DNA of 63,785 nucleotides, filler included, from Craspedostauros australis (lineage: Eukaryota): NCBI GenBank assembly GCA_030167865.1. It is 16 parts of 16 records of this genome, joined end to end, with 100 filler letters (N's around TTAATTAATTAA, not from the genome) between each part and the next. Parts side by side here need not be neighbours in the genome. Positions count along the whole stretch, not along the records: positions 60,213 to 63,785 come from JALAGF010001563.1; 15 more parts are not named here. One strand, given 5' to 3'. Positions 60,780 through 63,785 of this stretch are shown here, in pieces (within the stretch, counting starts at the first letter, position 1; each line of letters starts with the position of its first letter). Both the position numbers and the translations under genes were made by a program. The notes beneath the pieces are model-generated. The model ran no database searches. It saw nothing but the letters and a program-made list of their open reading frames with translations, and was not told where the DNA came from.

Positions 60780-63700
60780 GTGACAAGGCAGTTGGGGTAT
60801 GTGATAGGCAGGACGCATCTGCGTCCACGTCTACATCTAAATGCACACCAACACAAACGCACGAACACGATCACAATCACCCAGTTCCCAAACCAAGGCA
60901 AGACATAGACATGACAGATGAAGTTGAGTCGAGTTGAGCCGAGTTGAGACGTCTGATTTACACCGCTTGTCATCATTTGGATGATCTTATCTGAGCCTCC
61001 ACACGCTGTTTCAATGACGCAGTGCGGCATGAGGCCAGATTACAGCGTTGATGATGATGATATCTCCTTGACGTCTTGGTGTGGTGACACAATTTATACA
61101 TGTACGAAGTGAGACACTCTGCTCCTATACAATAATAGCATGAGTAAATGTAGCAACAACAACAAAACAACAACAGAAATACAGTGGTAACAAAACGACG
61201 ACATCGAACATGAGTGCCAGCAGAGATGGTCCAGCCTCATCATGTGAGATGTGGCATTGTACCGCCATCCACTGATTGGCGGTCCACGATCGTGATACAA
61301 ATCAGACCGCGAGTTCTTGCCTACCATAGACCGTACGTTGTCCCCATTCCATGGTTGGACACGGTTATTGTTGGGTACTGGTCGAATGATACTTCCGCCA
61401 CTCCGTTCCTCCAACAGTCGCAGTACCACGAAGTGGGTTTGATCATCAGCGACAAAGACAAACACAGCCGCACCGTATCTAACAAGCAACAAGCAACAAG
61501 CAACAAACCAAATAACCCAGCACATCACATGCGAAAGAGCTTGTTTGCGTTACGATAGCCTCCACCCCAAACCCAATCGGGATGAAACGCTCATATAATG
61601 CAATATGGACGACTGCATTCCACGCCGACCCTCCCTTTTGCGCTGAAAGGGCTCGCGCTCGAACCGCAGCGAAGACCCAACGCGTAGTGCAGAACGCACA
61701 TTGCAAACTCACGAATGTGATGCATGACGCAGCCATCCTGCGAGTATTGAAGAGCTTGACGATGCCTGTCAGGAATCGGGTGCTATTAAACACGTGATTG
61801 CCGCACCTCCCATATGTGTTTTGAGCTTAGTGTCATAAAACACTAAATTACCTCACCTCCCTATGTGACATTGTGAGCATCAAAATGTGAGGTGCATGAT
61901 GAGGCAAAGGCTGTCCTGAGACATATGGCAAACGACAAACGTGGATTGGATGGTGATGACTGTGAAGGGTAATGCAAACATCCAATACACGGTTGCATTT
62001 CACAAGGGGTGGCGATGTTGTATTCGTGACCAACATGAAGACACATATCACCACAGCCCTTATGTCATGCCGGACAAAGAACCAAGGAGCAAAATATCAC
62101 ATTGCCATGAAGTGCAAATTGGATCATGAGAGAACCGTCCAATGACAGAAATCAAAAGCTGAGGGGTAATGGATGATGGCTGGTGACGAACCAGCAAGAT
62201 TGAGGGGTAATAGATGATAGCTGATTAACACAAGAAACTGTGGAGGCAATCATGCGCTCTGATTTTGTGGAGCATGGTGGATGGCAATCCGATCAAATGA
62301 AATGAGTTGTTAATGCCTGTGAATCAATGCTGTCTATGCTAACAAAACTATTGGAAGCAAGACAACAAGATGGATTCACAAAGATGAGCAACCCAGCTAT
62401 GAATGAATGACAAACATGCAGATGCAATCAGGCAATGCAAGCAATAGAGGTTGACCATCTGAGGATGAGAGCAATGAAGAGCTCACAGTTCGAAGAAGCA
62501 GATTCTAATAACAATTAGTCTGCTACTACTACACACCACCCCGGATTTCCAACAGATGCCTACATATTCACTGCACAATCACATCAAATGTGATACTCGT
62601 ATGCAGCATGGGGGCTTCGGACGTGGAAGTCTCAGAACCAGAGATCGACAATATGGGGGCATCAACATGTCATGCAAAGCCACATCCCATCTTACGTCCG
62701 ATCACATCATTTCCACAGTTGCTGACTTATGAGCCCGAAGTCTCGGTTGCCTTTGTTGAAACTAGTCTGCAGGCAACTTGCAAATCCCGATTGTGCCAAG
62801 CGTCTTCGAGGTTGGTAACATTGGGAAGTCGTACTGCTCAACTGTGTTCACGGATATTGTATGTACCAATATGACACAGGCTAGACTTCCAAAATACGTG
62901 ACCACCAGCAAGACACCTCCAAGTGCGAGGTTCGAGACGAATGTGTTCTCACTTTCGAGAAGTCCCACACCATGATGACTGGTGCCTTTTGGTTCGGCGA
63001 AATGACAACGAAATCAACCTTCGACCATGGATCATTGGAATGTTAGACCAAAAAGAGATCACTGTCGTCCACACCAACCCGAAAGACCTGATAAAGAAGT
63101 ACCCATCCAATCCAGGAGAACTGCTCGTTTCTGAAATGTTGAACTTCGTCCACTTCAGAATGACCAACACCCATGGCATGCAGATCTCTAAACAGGGTTG
63201 CACAATCAAGCTTGGGCCATGTAACCCGCGTCACTCTCTGCCCAAGCATACTTCTTGTTGGCAATCTGGACGCGTCTGCTCTGGAGTACACGATTCAACC
63301 TCATCGCAGACGCTTCCCCACGTCTTCACGATTTGAGGAGAAACCTGAAGGGGTTGCGGTAATTCATGTTAAGTTGGATAAACGTGAATACAACGAAATA
63401 TGCACGACTGGGAGGTAATTCAGCCGTGTCATATGACGTCATCATTACGTATGGCTCACAGACGTTCCCATCGCGAATCCTCAATCAAGCCAGCTCTTGA
63501 TCAGATTGTTGACTCCTGTCGAGATGTACATGTGAGTATATGTCGAGATGTACGAGTATATGTGCATCGTTCACCCGTTATTCTCTCATACGCACTTGGA
63601 CGGTATAACTACATTCGTGTCGATAGTATGCTGTGATTCGTCAGAATTACAGTGGAAATGGAACACACGAAAAGGAGCAAGATTTCTGGAGGAAATTTAC

Positions 63701-63785
63701 CAATGACGATTTCTGAGAGAATTGGAAGATCGTCCGTCCATCCATCAATGGTACCAAGAGAATCTCGAGGTACTTCCCAACTAAA

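Noticed and set aside
62923..63418. Possible hAT transposase remnant (LIKKYPS..E...F.HF)
   Set aside because: Similarity is too weak and no ERxFS dimerisation motif was seen

Overview
Eukaryotic nuclear DNA, most likely a diatom, inferred from GT-AG introns, an ISIP1-like gene, diatom-type LRR and RXL-motif secreted proteins, and CoDi-like retroelements. The window is not one locus. It is 16 contigs joined by artificial N...TTAATTAATTAA...N linkers, so gene order across linkers has no biological meaning. Host genes, several reconstructed here with introns: ISIP1-like receptor, LRR membrane protein, SAM methyltransferase, PGAP1-like hydrolase, STAND ATPase, DMT transporter, adenylation-domain enzyme, secreted Cys-rich protein, FMN hydroxyacid oxidase, RING-H2 protein, Ycf45-like ATPase, HSF, RTEL1 with a spliced C3HC4 RING, ankyrin protein and NRT2. 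The small contigs are dominated by transposon fragments (copia/CoDi, gypsy-type gag, LINE ORF1, possible DIRS-type gag, piggyBac). I see no convincing new multi-gene system. The most unusual features are twin 14x11-bp arrays in mirrored order, piggyBac-like ends at non-TTAA sites, two precisely mappable LTR insertions, a 20-bp-period GTTGAAACTA array, and a RING protein with a nearly stop-free 84-bp repeat.
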